From the NCBI RefSeq assembly GCF_003014485.1, contig NZ_PYGA01000023.1:46160-110159 (forward strand): 64,000 nt of DNA. Reading direction: 5' to 3'. Of this stretch, positions 28,637 to 37,396 are shown in pieces (the stretch's first letter is position 1; every line of letters begins with the position of its first letter). The translations under genes were made by a program, and so were the position numbers. The stretch is from Murinocardiopsis flavida. GTDB lineage: Bacteria; Actinomycetota; Actinomycetes; Streptosporangiales; Streptosporangiaceae. Below the pieces are notes generated by a model that was given only the letters and a program-made list of their open reading frames with translations, searched no databases and had not been told where the DNA came from.

Positions 28637-29787
28637 TCGGGCACCGCCACCGTCGTGCCCTCGGCGATCCCGTCGCCGCTGATCTCGACGCGGTCGCCGG
28701 CGAACATGCCCGTCTCGACCGGGACGTCGCGCACATCGTTCCCGTCGACAACGGACACGCCGTGGCCGCCGCCCGGCAGCGCGATCAGTGCGCTGACGGG
28801 CACGACGAGCACGTTCTCCTTGCGCGCGCTGCGGAACCCGACCTCCACGGGGGCCTGGTCGAAGGACTCGGCCTCCTCCCCGGCGCCGTCGTCCAGCGTG
28901 ACCACGACCGCGAAGGTGGGCTCGCCGTCCCCTTGGCCGCCCTCCTCCGCCGCGGGTTCCTCGGCCACCGAACCCACCGAGGACACCTCGCCCTTCGCGG
29001 TCCCGCCGCCGGGGAGCGTCACCTCGACCTTGTCGCCCTCGCGCACCAGGTCGCGGTCCGACACCTTCACGTCCACGCGGACGATCTGCTCGGTGGAGCC
29101 GGTCTTCAGGACGGGGCCCGAGGGCGCGGCGCGCTGGCCGACCTTCGCCTCCAGCCCCGAGATCCGCACCTCGCCCTTTGCGAACCACACGTCGGCGGGG
29201 TCGACGCGGCCGGTCTCCGGCACGCCGAGGTCCTCCTGCCACCGCTCCACGGCCGCGGCCGTGAGGTGCGAGAACTCGTCGTCCACGGTGAACCCGGTGT
29301 AACCGAGTTCGCTGAGCGCCTGCTCGAACCGGCGCACGTCGGACCCTGTGACGCCCGACTTGAGGACGCGGTAGGCCGGGCGGTCGCCGCGCAGCAGCAC
29401 CACCGGCCGGTCGTCCAGCTCGTAGAGCGACTGCCCGGGGCGCACGGTGTCGCCCTCCTTCGGCAGGTCGGTGATGACGCCGTCGGCGCCGGCGAAGACG
29501 GTCGCCCCGCCGCCGAAGCCGAGCGTGCCGTCCATCGTCTTCCGCTCCTCCAGTGCCGTGCGCTCGACATCGGTGGTCGCATCCGGCCGGGTCGAGGCGT
29601 CCGCCGGCTTCTCGCGCTGCCCGGACCAGCCGACGGTCCACGCCGCGGCGGCCAACGCGGCGATCACCGTGACGGCCAGCGCAGCGGCCGCGGCCCGGCG
29701 CCACGGGCGGCGCGGCGCGGGCGGCACATCGGCAGGGACGTCGTCGGCGGCGTCGGGCCGCGGCCCGACGCCGTCCAGGACACTCAC
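28633..29787 (-). CDS. membrane-anchored periplasmic adaptor (HlyD-like) with peptidoglycan-binding domain
   Basis: GTG start overlapping the lipoprotein stop (GTGA). TM anchor AAAAALAVTVIAALAAAAW. PG-binding-like segment VRRFEQALSELGYTGFTVDDEFSHLTAAAVERWQ. Beta-rich C-terminus. Confidence 0.65.
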   Translation of the reverse strand: MSVLDGVGPRPDAADDVPADVPPAPRRPWRRAAAAALAVTVIAALAAAAWTVGWSGQREKPADASTRPDATTDVERTALEERKTMDGTLGFGGGATVFAGADGVITDLPKEGDTVRPGQSLYELDDRPVVLLRGDRPAYRVLKSGVTGSDVRRFEQALSELGYTGFTVDDEFSHLTAAAVERWQEDLGVPETGRVDPADVWFAKGEVRISGLEAKVGQRAAPSGPVLKTGSTEQIVRVDVKVSDRDLVREGDKVEVTLPGGGTAKGEVSSVGSVAEEPAAEEGGQGDGEPTFAVVVTLDDGAGEEAESFDQAPVEVGFRSARKENVLVVPVSALIALPGGGHGVSVVDGNDVRDVPVETGMFAGDRVEISGDGIAEGTTVAVPE

Positions 29788-30314
29788 TGCCCCTTCTGAA
29801 TGGTGACGCCCGCGCCGCCGGGGCCGCCCTTCTCCGCGCACTTGCGCATCGGTTCCCGCATCTTCTCGGCGTCGTCGATCGGGAGGCCGAGGCCCTCCCC
29901 CATCTTCGGGTCCTCGACGTCGATCCCCTCGCTCCGGAGGCACTCGGCCACCTTGAGGTTGGACTCGTGCATCTCCTCGTCGGACGGCGGGTTCTCGTCA
30001 ACGGGCAGGTGCTTCTCGCACTTGTCCATGGCCTCCTTGTCCTTGCCGGAGGACTTGAGCGGGACGGCCGGCATCATGCCCTCGCCCCCCTTGGGGTCGG
30101 GCATGTCCACCCCGTTGTCGCGCATGCACTCGGTGAACTTCAGCATGGCGTCCTGGGTCTCCGATCCGGCGTCCCGCCCGCCGACCGCGCCGCCGCCCTT
30201 TCCGCTGTCGCCGCCGCTGTCCGCCCCGCCGATGCCCAGGGTGGCGCACCCCGTCATCAGCAGTCCCGCCAATGCGGCGGCCGCCGCGTATCCGGTGATC
30301 GTTCGCATGGTCAT
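29784..30314 (-). CDS. secreted lipoprotein with duplicated Cys-pair motif
   Basis: GGAGAG SD. Lipobox LLMTGC. Two internal repeats each carry E-C-[ML]-R...KC (ECMRDNGVDMPDP...KCEKH and ECLRSEGIDVEDP...KCAEK). It is the first gene of the ABC operon. Confidence 0.6.
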   Translation of the reverse strand: MTMRTITGYAAAAALAGLLMTGCATLGIGGADSGGDSGKGGGAVGGRDAGSETQDAMLKFTECMRDNGVDMPDPKGGEGMMPAVPLKSSGKDKEAMDKCEKHLPVDENPPSDEEMHESNLKVAECLRSEGIDVEDPKMGEGLGLPIDDAEKMREPMRKCAEKGGPGGAGVTIQKGQ

Positions 30315-30388
30315 GTCGCTCTCCGCCTCGCAGCGTCGTGGGAAGACCCCGGAGTGCACCGGGGCGGTCCCCATGCCACCGCTCCCCC

Positions 30389-30462
30389 GGTTACGCGGTG
30401 GTTAGCGCGCCGAACCGCCGCCTCGCACCGGGTTCTCGCCGACCCCTAACCTCCCGCTAACC
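30389..30462. promoter_or_regulatory. symmetric hexamer repeats in divergent promoter: GGTTAC-N5-GGTTAG ... CTAACC-N5-CTAACC (11-bp spacing)
   Basis: Seen directly in the sequence between the lipoprotein/ABC operon and the response-regulator gene. The geometry matches OmpR-family direct-repeat binding sites. Confidence 0.4.
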
Positions 30463-30522
30463 GGGGACCGGTAATCGTTGGAGCCGCCGCGCGCGGGCGC
30501 GGTGGGACGACAGGGGGCCGTA

Positions 30523-31179
30523 GTGCGGGTGCTGATCGTCGAGGACGAGCCGTCGCTCGCCGCGACCGTCGCGGAAGGGCTGCGCGGCGAGGGCATGGCC
30601 GTCGACGTCGCCGCCGACGGCGACGCCGGGTTGGAGATGGCGACCGTGCACGGCTACGACGTCATCGTGCTCGACCGCGACCTGCCCGTCATCCACGGCG
30701 ACGAGATCTGCGCCCGTGTCGCGGACGACCCCTCGATCGACGCCCGCGTCCTGATGCTCACGGCGATGGGCCAGGTCAGCGACCGGGTCGACGGGTTGAG
30801 CCGCGGCGCCGACGACTACCTCGCGAAACCGTTCGCCTACGCCGAACTCGTCGCGCGGGTCCGCGCCCTGGGCCGCCGCACCCGGCCGGCGGCACCACCG
30901 GTGCTGCACCGGGCCGGCGTCAGCCTCGACGGCAGGCTGCGCACCGCCAGCCGCGACGGCCGGGCGCTCGCCCTGTCGCCGAAGGAGTTCGGCGTGCTGG
31001 AGGAGCTGCTGAAGGCCGACGGCGCGCCCGTGACGACCGCCCACCTGATCGAGAAGGTGTGGGACGCCCACCTCGACCCGTTCAGCGGGGTCCTCAAGGT
31101 CGTCGTGCACGGGCTGCGCCGCAAGATCGGCGACCCGCCCCTGATCTCGACCGTCCCCGGCCACGGCTACCGGATCTGA
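30523..31179 (+). CDS. OmpR-family response regulator
   Basis: The receiver domain (V)RVLIVEDE...VIVLDRDLP is followed by a winged helix. Probable start is GTG 30523; TTG 30478 and GTG 30502 are in-frame alternatives. Confidence 0.85.
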   Translation: MRVLIVEDEPSLAATVAEGLRGEGMAVDVAADGDAGLEMATVHGYDVIVLDRDLPVIHGDEICARVADDPSIDARVLMLTAMGQVSDRVDGLSRGADDYLAKPFAYAELVARVRALGRRTRPAAPPVLHRAGVSLDGRLRTASRDGRALALSPKEFGVLEELLKADGAPVTTAHLIEKVWDAHLDPFSGVLKVVVHGLRRKIGDPPLISTVPGHGYRI

Positions 31180-31180
31180 C

Positions 31181-32443
31181 GTGGCGGCCACCGAGCCCCG
31201 GCGCGCATGGCGGCACGCGCGCACCCGCCTCGCCCGCGCGCCCTTCACCGTGCGCGGCAAGCTGGCGCTCATCTACACCGGGGTGTTCCTCGTGGGCGGT
31301 GTGCTACTGCTCGCGCTCAACTACTCGATCGTCTCGGCGAGCCTGGCCGAGCGGGGCGTGGAACTCGCCAAGACCACGACGGTGTCGGGGCCGGTCGACG
31401 GGTCGTCGGAGACCGTCTCGGGCGAGCCCTTCTCCCGCACCGACCCGGGGCCCGGCCTGCGCGCGCGGGCCATCCCCACGGAGGTGATCGAGGACTACCA
31501 GACCGGGGTGCTGTCCGACCTGCTGCTGCGTTCCGGTCTCGGGCTCGCCGCCGTCACCCTGCTGGCGGCTCTCGCCGGCTGGATCATCGCCGGACGCCCG
31601 CTGCGGCGGCTGCACCAGGTCACCGAGACCGCGCGGCGGCTGTCGGAACGCGACCTCGGCAGCCGCCTGGCCCTCGAAGGGCCGCCGGACGAGTTCAAGG
31701 AGCTCGGCGACACGTTCGACGGGATGCTCCAGCGCCTCCAGGCCGCGTTCGAGGCGCAGCGGCGGTTCGTCGCCAACGCGTCGCACGAGCTGCGGACCCC
31801 GCTCGCCGTGCAACGGGCCGCCGCCGAGGTGCCCCTGGCCCAGGGCCGGGTCCCCGAGGAACTGCGCCCCGCACTGGACCGGGTGGTCGAGTCGACCGCG
31901 CGCAGCGAGCGCCTCATCGCCGGGCTGCTCCTGCTGGCACGGTCCGACCAGGGGATCGCCGAACCGGAGCCGGTCGACCTCGCCGACGCGGCGCGCCACG
32001 CGGTGCGCTCCTGCACCGAGGACGCCGCGGCGGCCGGTGTCACGCTGCGGTCCGATCTCGGCCCCGCCGTCGTCTCGGGCGACCGGCTGCTCCTGGAGCA
32101 GCTCGTCGGCAACCTCGTCGACAACGCCGTCCGCTACAACCGGCCCGGCGGCGAGGTGACCATCGCGGCCGGGGTCCGGGGCGGCGACGCCGTCCTGCGG
32201 GTGCGCAACACCGGCCAGGCGGTGGCCGAGGCCGAGCGGCTGTTCGAACCGTTCCACCGCGGCGGCGACGCCCGGCTGCACCGCGCCAAGGCGGGCACCG
32301 GGCTGGGCCTCTCGATCGCCCGGTCGATCGCGACCGCCCACAGCGGCAGGATCACGGCCGCGGCGCGCGAGGGCGGCGGCCTGTCCGTCACCCTGCGGCT
32401 CCCCCCGCACACCGCAGCGGAGCCGGCCACCGGGACACCGTGA
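31181..32443 (+). CDS. sensor histidine kinase
   Basis: GTG start 1 nt after the RR stop. Two TM helices, a HAMP domain, the H-box ASHELRTPL, and N/G boxes (DNAVRYN, GTGLGLSIA). Confidence 0.85.
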   Translation: MAATEPRRAWRHARTRLARAPFTVRGKLALIYTGVFLVGGVLLLALNYSIVSASLAERGVELAKTTTVSGPVDGSSETVSGEPFSRTDPGPGLRARAIPTEVIEDYQTGVLSDLLLRSGLGLAAVTLLAALAGWIIAGRPLRRLHQVTETARRLSERDLGSRLALEGPPDEFKELGDTFDGMLQRLQAAFEAQRRFVANASHELRTPLAVQRAAAEVPLAQGRVPEELRPALDRVVESTARSERLIAGLLLLARSDQGIAEPEPVDLADAARHAVRSCTEDAAAAGVTLRSDLGPAVVSGDRLLLEQLVGNLVDNAVRYNRPGGEVTIAAGVRGGDAVLRVRNTGQAVAEAERLFEPFHRGGDARLHRAKAGTGLGLSIARSIATAHSGRITAAAREGGGLSVTLRLPPHTAAEPATGTP

Positions 32444-32494
32444 CCGCCGTCCCGCGACCAGGGCGGAGGGCGCCCTGGTCGCGGGACGGCTCAG

Positions 32495-34117
32495 TCAGTC
32501 CTTCTTCGTGGGGCAGCCCGGCGGCGGGGGTGGCGGGGGCGGGGGCTTGCCGTCGTCGCCGCCGTCCTTGTGGACGCACTCGGGGAAGTCGACCCAGTCG
32601 CGCGGGTTCTTGCCGTCGGGCGCGCCGAGGAAGTCGGCGGCGATGGACTCGCGGCCCTCGCGGCCCCACTCCGCGGCGACGCCGAACTCCATCCCGAGGA
32701 AGCTGACGCCCCAGCCGACGCTCTCCGACTCGAACTCGGTGTCGTAGAGCACCTTGCTGACCTTGCCGTGGTCGTAGAACTCCTTCTTGACCTTGTCCCA
32801 GTCGGTGCTGTCCTTGTTGATATCGACGGGCTCGCCGACCTCGTCGGCGAGGTCGCCGGCGCCGGACTTCTGGCCGGTCAGCCAGTCCTCGACGACCGAG
32901 CGGTTCTTGTCGGTCACCTCCAACTGGGCGGTCCGCACGTCGTAGCGGCCCTTGCGCTCGGTCTTGCCGTAGCTGCCGTTGACCGGACCGACCTGGCCGG
33001 CGACGTCGAGGTTGAACCCCTCGCCCCTGGGCGACTCCACGGCCTCGGACATGACGATGCCGACGAGCTTGCCGTCCTTGTCGTGGGTGACCTTCAGGGA
33101 GACGTTCTTGCTGCCCTTGCCGTGCAGCAGGCCCGCCGTACCCTCGCCCGAGACGGTGAAGGAGTAGATCTTGGAGGTCTTGGGGTTCTTCGGGTCGCGG
33201 TTGTCCTTCTCCTCGATGGTCTCGCCGGCCATCTTGCCCTCGCCGCCGAGGAGGTTGAGGCTGAGCGAATCGCCGCCCTCGTCGTCCTTGTCGTCCTTCT
33301 TGCCCTTGTCGCCCTTCTTGTCCTTCTTGTCGGTGATGTTGCCGAGCTTGAGCCCGCCGGAGCCCTCGCCGCCGACGGACTTGGTGGTGATCTGCGGATC
33401 GTCCATGTCGGGCGGGTCGGACACCTTGCACGACGACATGATCGGGTTGTCGGCGCAGAACTTGGTCTGCGCCCGGCCCTGCTCCTGCCGCACCTTGTTG
33501 TAGTAGGACTTGATCTCGCCGATCTTGTCGTCGGCTTCGCCCTTGTTCTTGAAGACGTAGGTGTCGCCGACCGCCATGTTCAGTCCGCCGCCGATCTTGC
33601 CGCCGACCTCGACCCCGCCGCTCTTGAAGACGTTCAGGCCCGACTCGACCTCGACCCCGAGGTGGCCGGTCGACAGGGCGGTGAGACGCACGGTCCCGTC
33701 GGAGTACTCCTGGCGGATGAACGCGAACTCATCGGTGATCTTGATGAACAGCATCTTGTACGTGGACTTCGAGTACTCCTTCTCGTACAGCTTCTCGCAG
33801 AGGGGCGGCTTGAACGCGTCGTCCTTCTTGGTCCCGGGCCGCCCGTCGCTGCACGGGCCCGCAGTGGGGCTCGGGTGGGGTGGCTTCGGGCCGGCGTCGC
33901 CGCCCCCGCCCTCGCCGTCGCAGTCCGCCTGGCCGGCGCTGAGGAGGACGCACAGCGCGGGCGGTACGTGCTTGGCCACACGGTCGCCCAGCAGGTAGAG
34001 GCCTGCTCCACCCATGATGACGCCGGCCAGCACGATCATCGCCGCGTACTCGATGACGGACACGCCCGACTCGGAGCGCCGCGCCCGCGACCGGAACCTT
34101 GCATTGACGGAAGCCAT
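32495..34117 (-). CDS. large secreted protein with Flp/TadE-type prepilin signal and Lys/Asp/Gly-rich low-complexity body, poly-Pro C-terminus
   Basis: GAGAGGG SD before ATG 34117. Leader MASVNARFRSRARRSESG followed by VSVIEYAAMIVLAGVIMGG matches the G/XXXXEY prepilin-peptidase motif plus a hydrophobic helix. About 500 aa of K/D/G/E-rich sequence (KKDKKGDKGKKDDKDDEGG) follows, ending in PPPPPPPPPGCPTKKD. Both flanks are AT-rich. Confidence 0.55.
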   Translation of the reverse strand: MASVNARFRSRARRSESGVSVIEYAAMIVLAGVIMGGAGLYLLGDRVAKHVPPALCVLLSAGQADCDGEGGGGDAGPKPPHPSPTAGPCSDGRPGTKKDDAFKPPLCEKLYEKEYSKSTYKMLFIKITDEFAFIRQEYSDGTVRLTALSTGHLGVEVESGLNVFKSGGVEVGGKIGGGLNMAVGDTYVFKNKGEADDKIGEIKSYYNKVRQEQGRAQTKFCADNPIMSSCKVSDPPDMDDPQITTKSVGGEGSGGLKLGNITDKKDKKGDKGKKDDKDDEGGDSLSLNLLGGEGKMAGETIEEKDNRDPKNPKTSKIYSFTVSGEGTAGLLHGKGSKNVSLKVTHDKDGKLVGIVMSEAVESPRGEGFNLDVAGQVGPVNGSYGKTERKGRYDVRTAQLEVTDKNRSVVEDWLTGQKSGAGDLADEVGEPVDINKDSTDWDKVKKEFYDHGKVSKVLYDTEFESESVGWGVSFLGMEFGVAAEWGREGRESIAADFLGAPDGKNPRDWVDFPECVHKDGGDDGKPPPPPPPPPGCPTKKD

Positions 34118-34321
34118 AACGGCCCTCTCGATGCCCGCACCACGAGTTGGCATCATGTTGTTTATGGTGTCATTTTTAGTGGCTTTTCCTAGAGTTTAGG
34201 TTTGTTTACTGTCAGCGAACAGGGACCACAGCCTCAATCCGGGTCCCGTTCCCGCCCAGTACGCGACGCGCGCCCCTGCCCCGATCGGGGCAGGGGCGCG
34301 CGTCGCGGCCCGAAAAAGCGG

Positions 34322-35977
34322 CTACTTGCGGAAGTGGAAGATGCCCCACGCGAGGTCGCCGGAGTCGCCTCCGTTGACCCAGTTGCGCAGGCCGACCTTC
34401 ATCCGCTCCAGATACTCGGTGCTGATCTGCCCGGTGAGCTCGGCCTCCCGGGCCTCGGTCTCGGCGAGGACCCGGCCGTAGTGCCGGGGCAGCTGCGGGC
34501 TGAGGTCGTCGAACTCGACCTTGGTCAGCCCGAGCCGGCGGGCCTCCGCCTCGTAGAAGCCGGGGGTCGCCATGGTGTCGAGGTGCAGGCGCTCCAGGAT
34601 CGGGCGCAGCGCCTCGCTCGCGGCGCCGTCGGCCGCCATGGGGTCGGTGAAGACCAGCCGGCCGCCGGGGCGCAGCACCCGGACCGCCTCCTCCACCACG
34701 CGGGCGCGGTCGCCGCTGTGCAGCAGCGCGTCCTGCGACCACACGACGTCGAAGCCGTTGTCCTGGAGCGGGATCTCCTCGAACGACCCGTCGACCACGT
34801 CGATGAGGTGGTCGAGGCCCGCCGCCCGGTTCATGGCCCGGTTCCGGTCGTTCTCGACCTCACTGAGGTTGAGGCAGGTCACCCGGCACCCGTAGGTGCG
34901 GGCGAGGAACCGCGCCGAGCCCCCGTAGCCGGAGCCCAGGTCGACCACCGCGGTGTCGGGGGTGAGTTCCAGCTTGTCCGCCATGCGCTCGACCGTGCGG
35001 CGGCTCGCGTCGGCGATGTCGTCGTCGGCGGCGGTGTAGAGGCCGACGTGGATGTCGGTGCCGCCCCAGACCGAGTGGTAGAACGCGTCGGCGTCGCTGG
35101 AGTTGTAGTACTCCCGCGCGGTCTGCACCGCGGTGGAGTAGTTCTCGGCGGCGTCCTCGTCGGAGTGGTACGCCTTCTCCGCGATGTGCACGAAGAAGTC
35201 GGGCTCCTCGCCCTGGTAGGTCTCCTGGAAGTCACCGTAGGTGTTGATCCGCTGGAACCCGACCTCGCGCATGAGCCGCCGCACGTAGTTCTTGCGCAGC
35301 GGGAACATGTTGAGGTGGTACTCGGACTGGTCGGGGAACCGGTAGCGGAACCGGGCCAGGCCCTCGTCGACGTGCGCCGGCTCGGCCGACACCTCTTCAC
35401 CGCAGTAGTAGTAGGTGTGCGAGTTGCCGTAGGTGCCGTCGAGCAGGGCGTCGTAGTTGCGCTGGTCGATGATCAGCACGCCGTCGTGCTTGAGCATCGC
35501 GTAGAACTCGGCGAGGGCCTTGCGGCGGTCGCGCTCGGAGAACAGGTGGGTGAACGAGTTGCCGAGGCAGATGATGGCGTCGTAGGTGCCGTGCACGTCA
35601 CGGTTGAGCCATCTCCAGTCGGCCTGGACGACGCGGAGGATGTGCCCGCCGTACGTGAGGCCGTTGGAGAACGCTTGAGCCAGCATCTCGGGGCTGCCGT
35701 CGGCGCTGACGGTGTCGAAGCCCTCTTCAAGCAGACGCACCGAGTGGAACCCGGTGCCGGTCGCGACGTCGAGCACCTCGCGCACACCGCGTGCCTTGAG
35801 CTGCTCGATGAAGAAGCCGCCCTCGCTCGCGTAGCGCCGCTTCCAGTCGATCAGCTCGTCCCACTTCTCGACGAAGCCCGTGACATATTCGGCTTTGTAG
35901 TGGTCGGTTTCGCGAACAGCGAGCGGGTCGGTGCCAAAACCCTGCGTGTCCTGCCCTTTGATAGGTCGACTCCTCAC
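34322..35977 (-). CDS. bifunctional glycine/sarcosine N-methyltransferase + sarcosine/dimethylglycine N-methyltransferase (glycine betaine synthesis)
   Basis: 551 aa. The N-terminal GNMT-like half contains VLDVATGTGFHSVRLLEEGF, and the C-terminal SAM-MT half contains VVDLGSGYGGSARFLA. This fused two-methyltransferase architecture is the one described for the Actinopolyspora halophila betaine synthase. GTG start. Confidence 0.7.
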   Translation of the reverse strand: MRSRPIKGQDTQGFGTDPLAVRETDHYKAEYVTGFVEKWDELIDWKRRYASEGGFFIEQLKARGVREVLDVATGTGFHSVRLLEEGFDTVSADGSPEMLAQAFSNGLTYGGHILRVVQADWRWLNRDVHGTYDAIICLGNSFTHLFSERDRRKALAEFYAMLKHDGVLIIDQRNYDALLDGTYGNSHTYYYCGEEVSAEPAHVDEGLARFRYRFPDQSEYHLNMFPLRKNYVRRLMREVGFQRINTYGDFQETYQGEEPDFFVHIAEKAYHSDEDAAENYSTAVQTAREYYNSSDADAFYHSVWGGTDIHVGLYTAADDDIADASRRTVERMADKLELTPDTAVVDLGSGYGGSARFLARTYGCRVTCLNLSEVENDRNRAMNRAAGLDHLIDVVDGSFEEIPLQDNGFDVVWSQDALLHSGDRARVVEEAVRVLRPGGRLVFTDPMAADGAASEALRPILERLHLDTMATPGFYEAEARRLGLTKVEFDDLSPQLPRHYGRVLAETEAREAELTGQISTEYLERMKVGLRNWVNGGDSGDLAWGIFHFRK

Positions 35978-36267
35978 ACTCGAAATGACCCCGGCCGCAG
36001 CCCGAACACGGCGGACAGGGGTGGGATTTCGCCTTTTTCATTGAAATGCACTTGACGAATCGTTTCAAGTGCACCGCCTCCACCCTGCGTTAAAACAGCA
36101 GGTCAGAAGCGCGAAATTCGTCAATCTGGCGGCCGACACCAGTCGGATCTCGAAAATTTTCCAACCGGATTGAAGCGCCATACGCAACTCATTGCGCAAC
36201 ACGCACCAGAAGAATGTGACGGCGTCCTATTCGTGAAAATCACCGGAAATTCGGGAGCCGCGCACGC

Positions 36268-36291
36268 GCCCGCACGCGCACGCGTGCGGGC
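36268..36291 (-). terminator. GC-rich hairpin (11-bp stem gcccgcacgcg / cgcgtgcgggc) about 100 nt downstream of the LCP stop
   Basis: Seen directly in the sequence. On the minus strand it is followed by a T-containing tract (gaatttccggtgattttcacg). Confidence 0.4.
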
Positions 36292-36394
36292 CCGTGAGAG
36301 GCGGCGGGTGTGCTCTCCCGGGAGAAGGTGGGTGGGCGGTCATGGCGGCGGCCCACCCCCTCGTGTCCACGCGGCGTCATTCGAGTGACGAGGG

Positions 36395-37396
36395 TCAGTT
36401 GACCTTGTCGACGTCGTTCGCGAGCTCGTGCTCCTCGATGTACTCGTCAAGGCGGTCCTCGCGCAGCGCGGCGGAGAAGTCCTTGACGGCGGACGTGTCG
36501 AGCCGTACGACGTTCTGGCTGCCCTCGTAGCCGGTTTCGGCCGCGGGGAGACTGATGAACTCGATGCCCTCCGGACCGCCGCGCGCCATGCGCGCCGCCA
36601 GGGACCGCATCGTGCCCATGGTGGTGCCGGAGTCGACGGCGACCGCCCCGCTCGCCGCCTCGAGGAACGCGTCGAGCCGGGCCGGGTCGGTGAGCACTCC
36701 GGTGCTCGCCGCCTTCTCCGCCATGGCCTTGATGAACGCCTGCTGGCGCTTCACACGGTCGAAGTCGCTGCCGGGCAGCCCCTTGCGCTCGCGGACAAAC
36801 CGCAGCGCCTCGTCGCCGTCCATGTGGTTCTTCCCCGCCTCCCACGACCACTCGTTGCTGGGGTCGTAGACGTCCTCGGCGAGGTGCACGTCGACCCCGC
36901 CGAGAGCGTCGGTCATCGTCTTGAACCCCTGGAAGTCGACCGCGGCGAAATGGTCGATCCGCACGTCGGTGAGCTTCTCGACGGTCTCGACCAGCAGCCG
37001 CGGGCCGCCCCGCTCGAAGGACGCGTTGATCTTCGCGCGGCCGTGGCCGGGGATCTCCACCCAGGAGTCGCGCGGGATCGAGACGACGTAGGAGTCGTCG
37101 CGGCCCTTGGGCGCGTGCAGCAGCATGATGGTGTCGGACCGGGCCTCACCCTTGCGCCACGTGGTCTCGGTGAAATCGCCGCGCATGTCGGAGCCGACCA
37201 GCAGCCAGTTCTCGCCGGCGTCGGGCAGCGGCCGCTTCGAGGACGCGGTCGGCAGCGCGTCGGCGATGCGCTGGATGTTGCGGTCGTAGCCGTCCTGCCG
37301 CGACAGGACCCAGCCCGTACCGCAGGCCGCGAGTACCGCGAGCGCGAGGAGGACGGACAGGATGATCCGGCGGCGCCTGCGCTTCGGTTTCCCCAT
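36395..37396 (-). CDS. LCP (LytR-CpsA-Psr) family protein
   Basis: N-terminal basic stretch plus a TM helix (KRRRRRIILSVLLALAVLAA). LCP domain motifs LLVGSDMRGD and SIPRDSWVEIPGHG...KINAS are present. Confidence 0.8.
   Translation of the reverse strand: MGKPKRRRRRIILSVLLALAVLAACGTGWVLSRQDGYDRNIQRIADALPTASSKRPLPDAGENWLLVGSDMRGDFTETTWRKGEARSDTIMLLHAPKGRDDSYVVSIPRDSWVEIPGHGRAKINASFERGGPRLLVETVEKLTDVRIDHFAAVDFQGFKTMTDALGGVDVHLAEDVYDPSNEWSWEAGKNHMDGDEALRFVRERKGLPGSDFDRVKRQQAFIKAMAEKAASTGVLTDPARLDAFLEAASGAVAVDSGTTMGTMRSLAARMARGGPEGIEFISLPAAETGYEGSQNVVRLDTSAVKDFSAALREDRLDEYIEEHELANDVDKVN

Noticed and set aside
27890-30001. single 703-aa minus ORF in the ORF track
   Set aside because: It is actually a 248-aa ABC ATPase (27890-28636) preceded in the same frame by Arg/Gly-rich antisense-quality sequence. 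The real upstream genes, the adaptor and the lipoprotein, are in other frames with ATGA/GTGA junctions.
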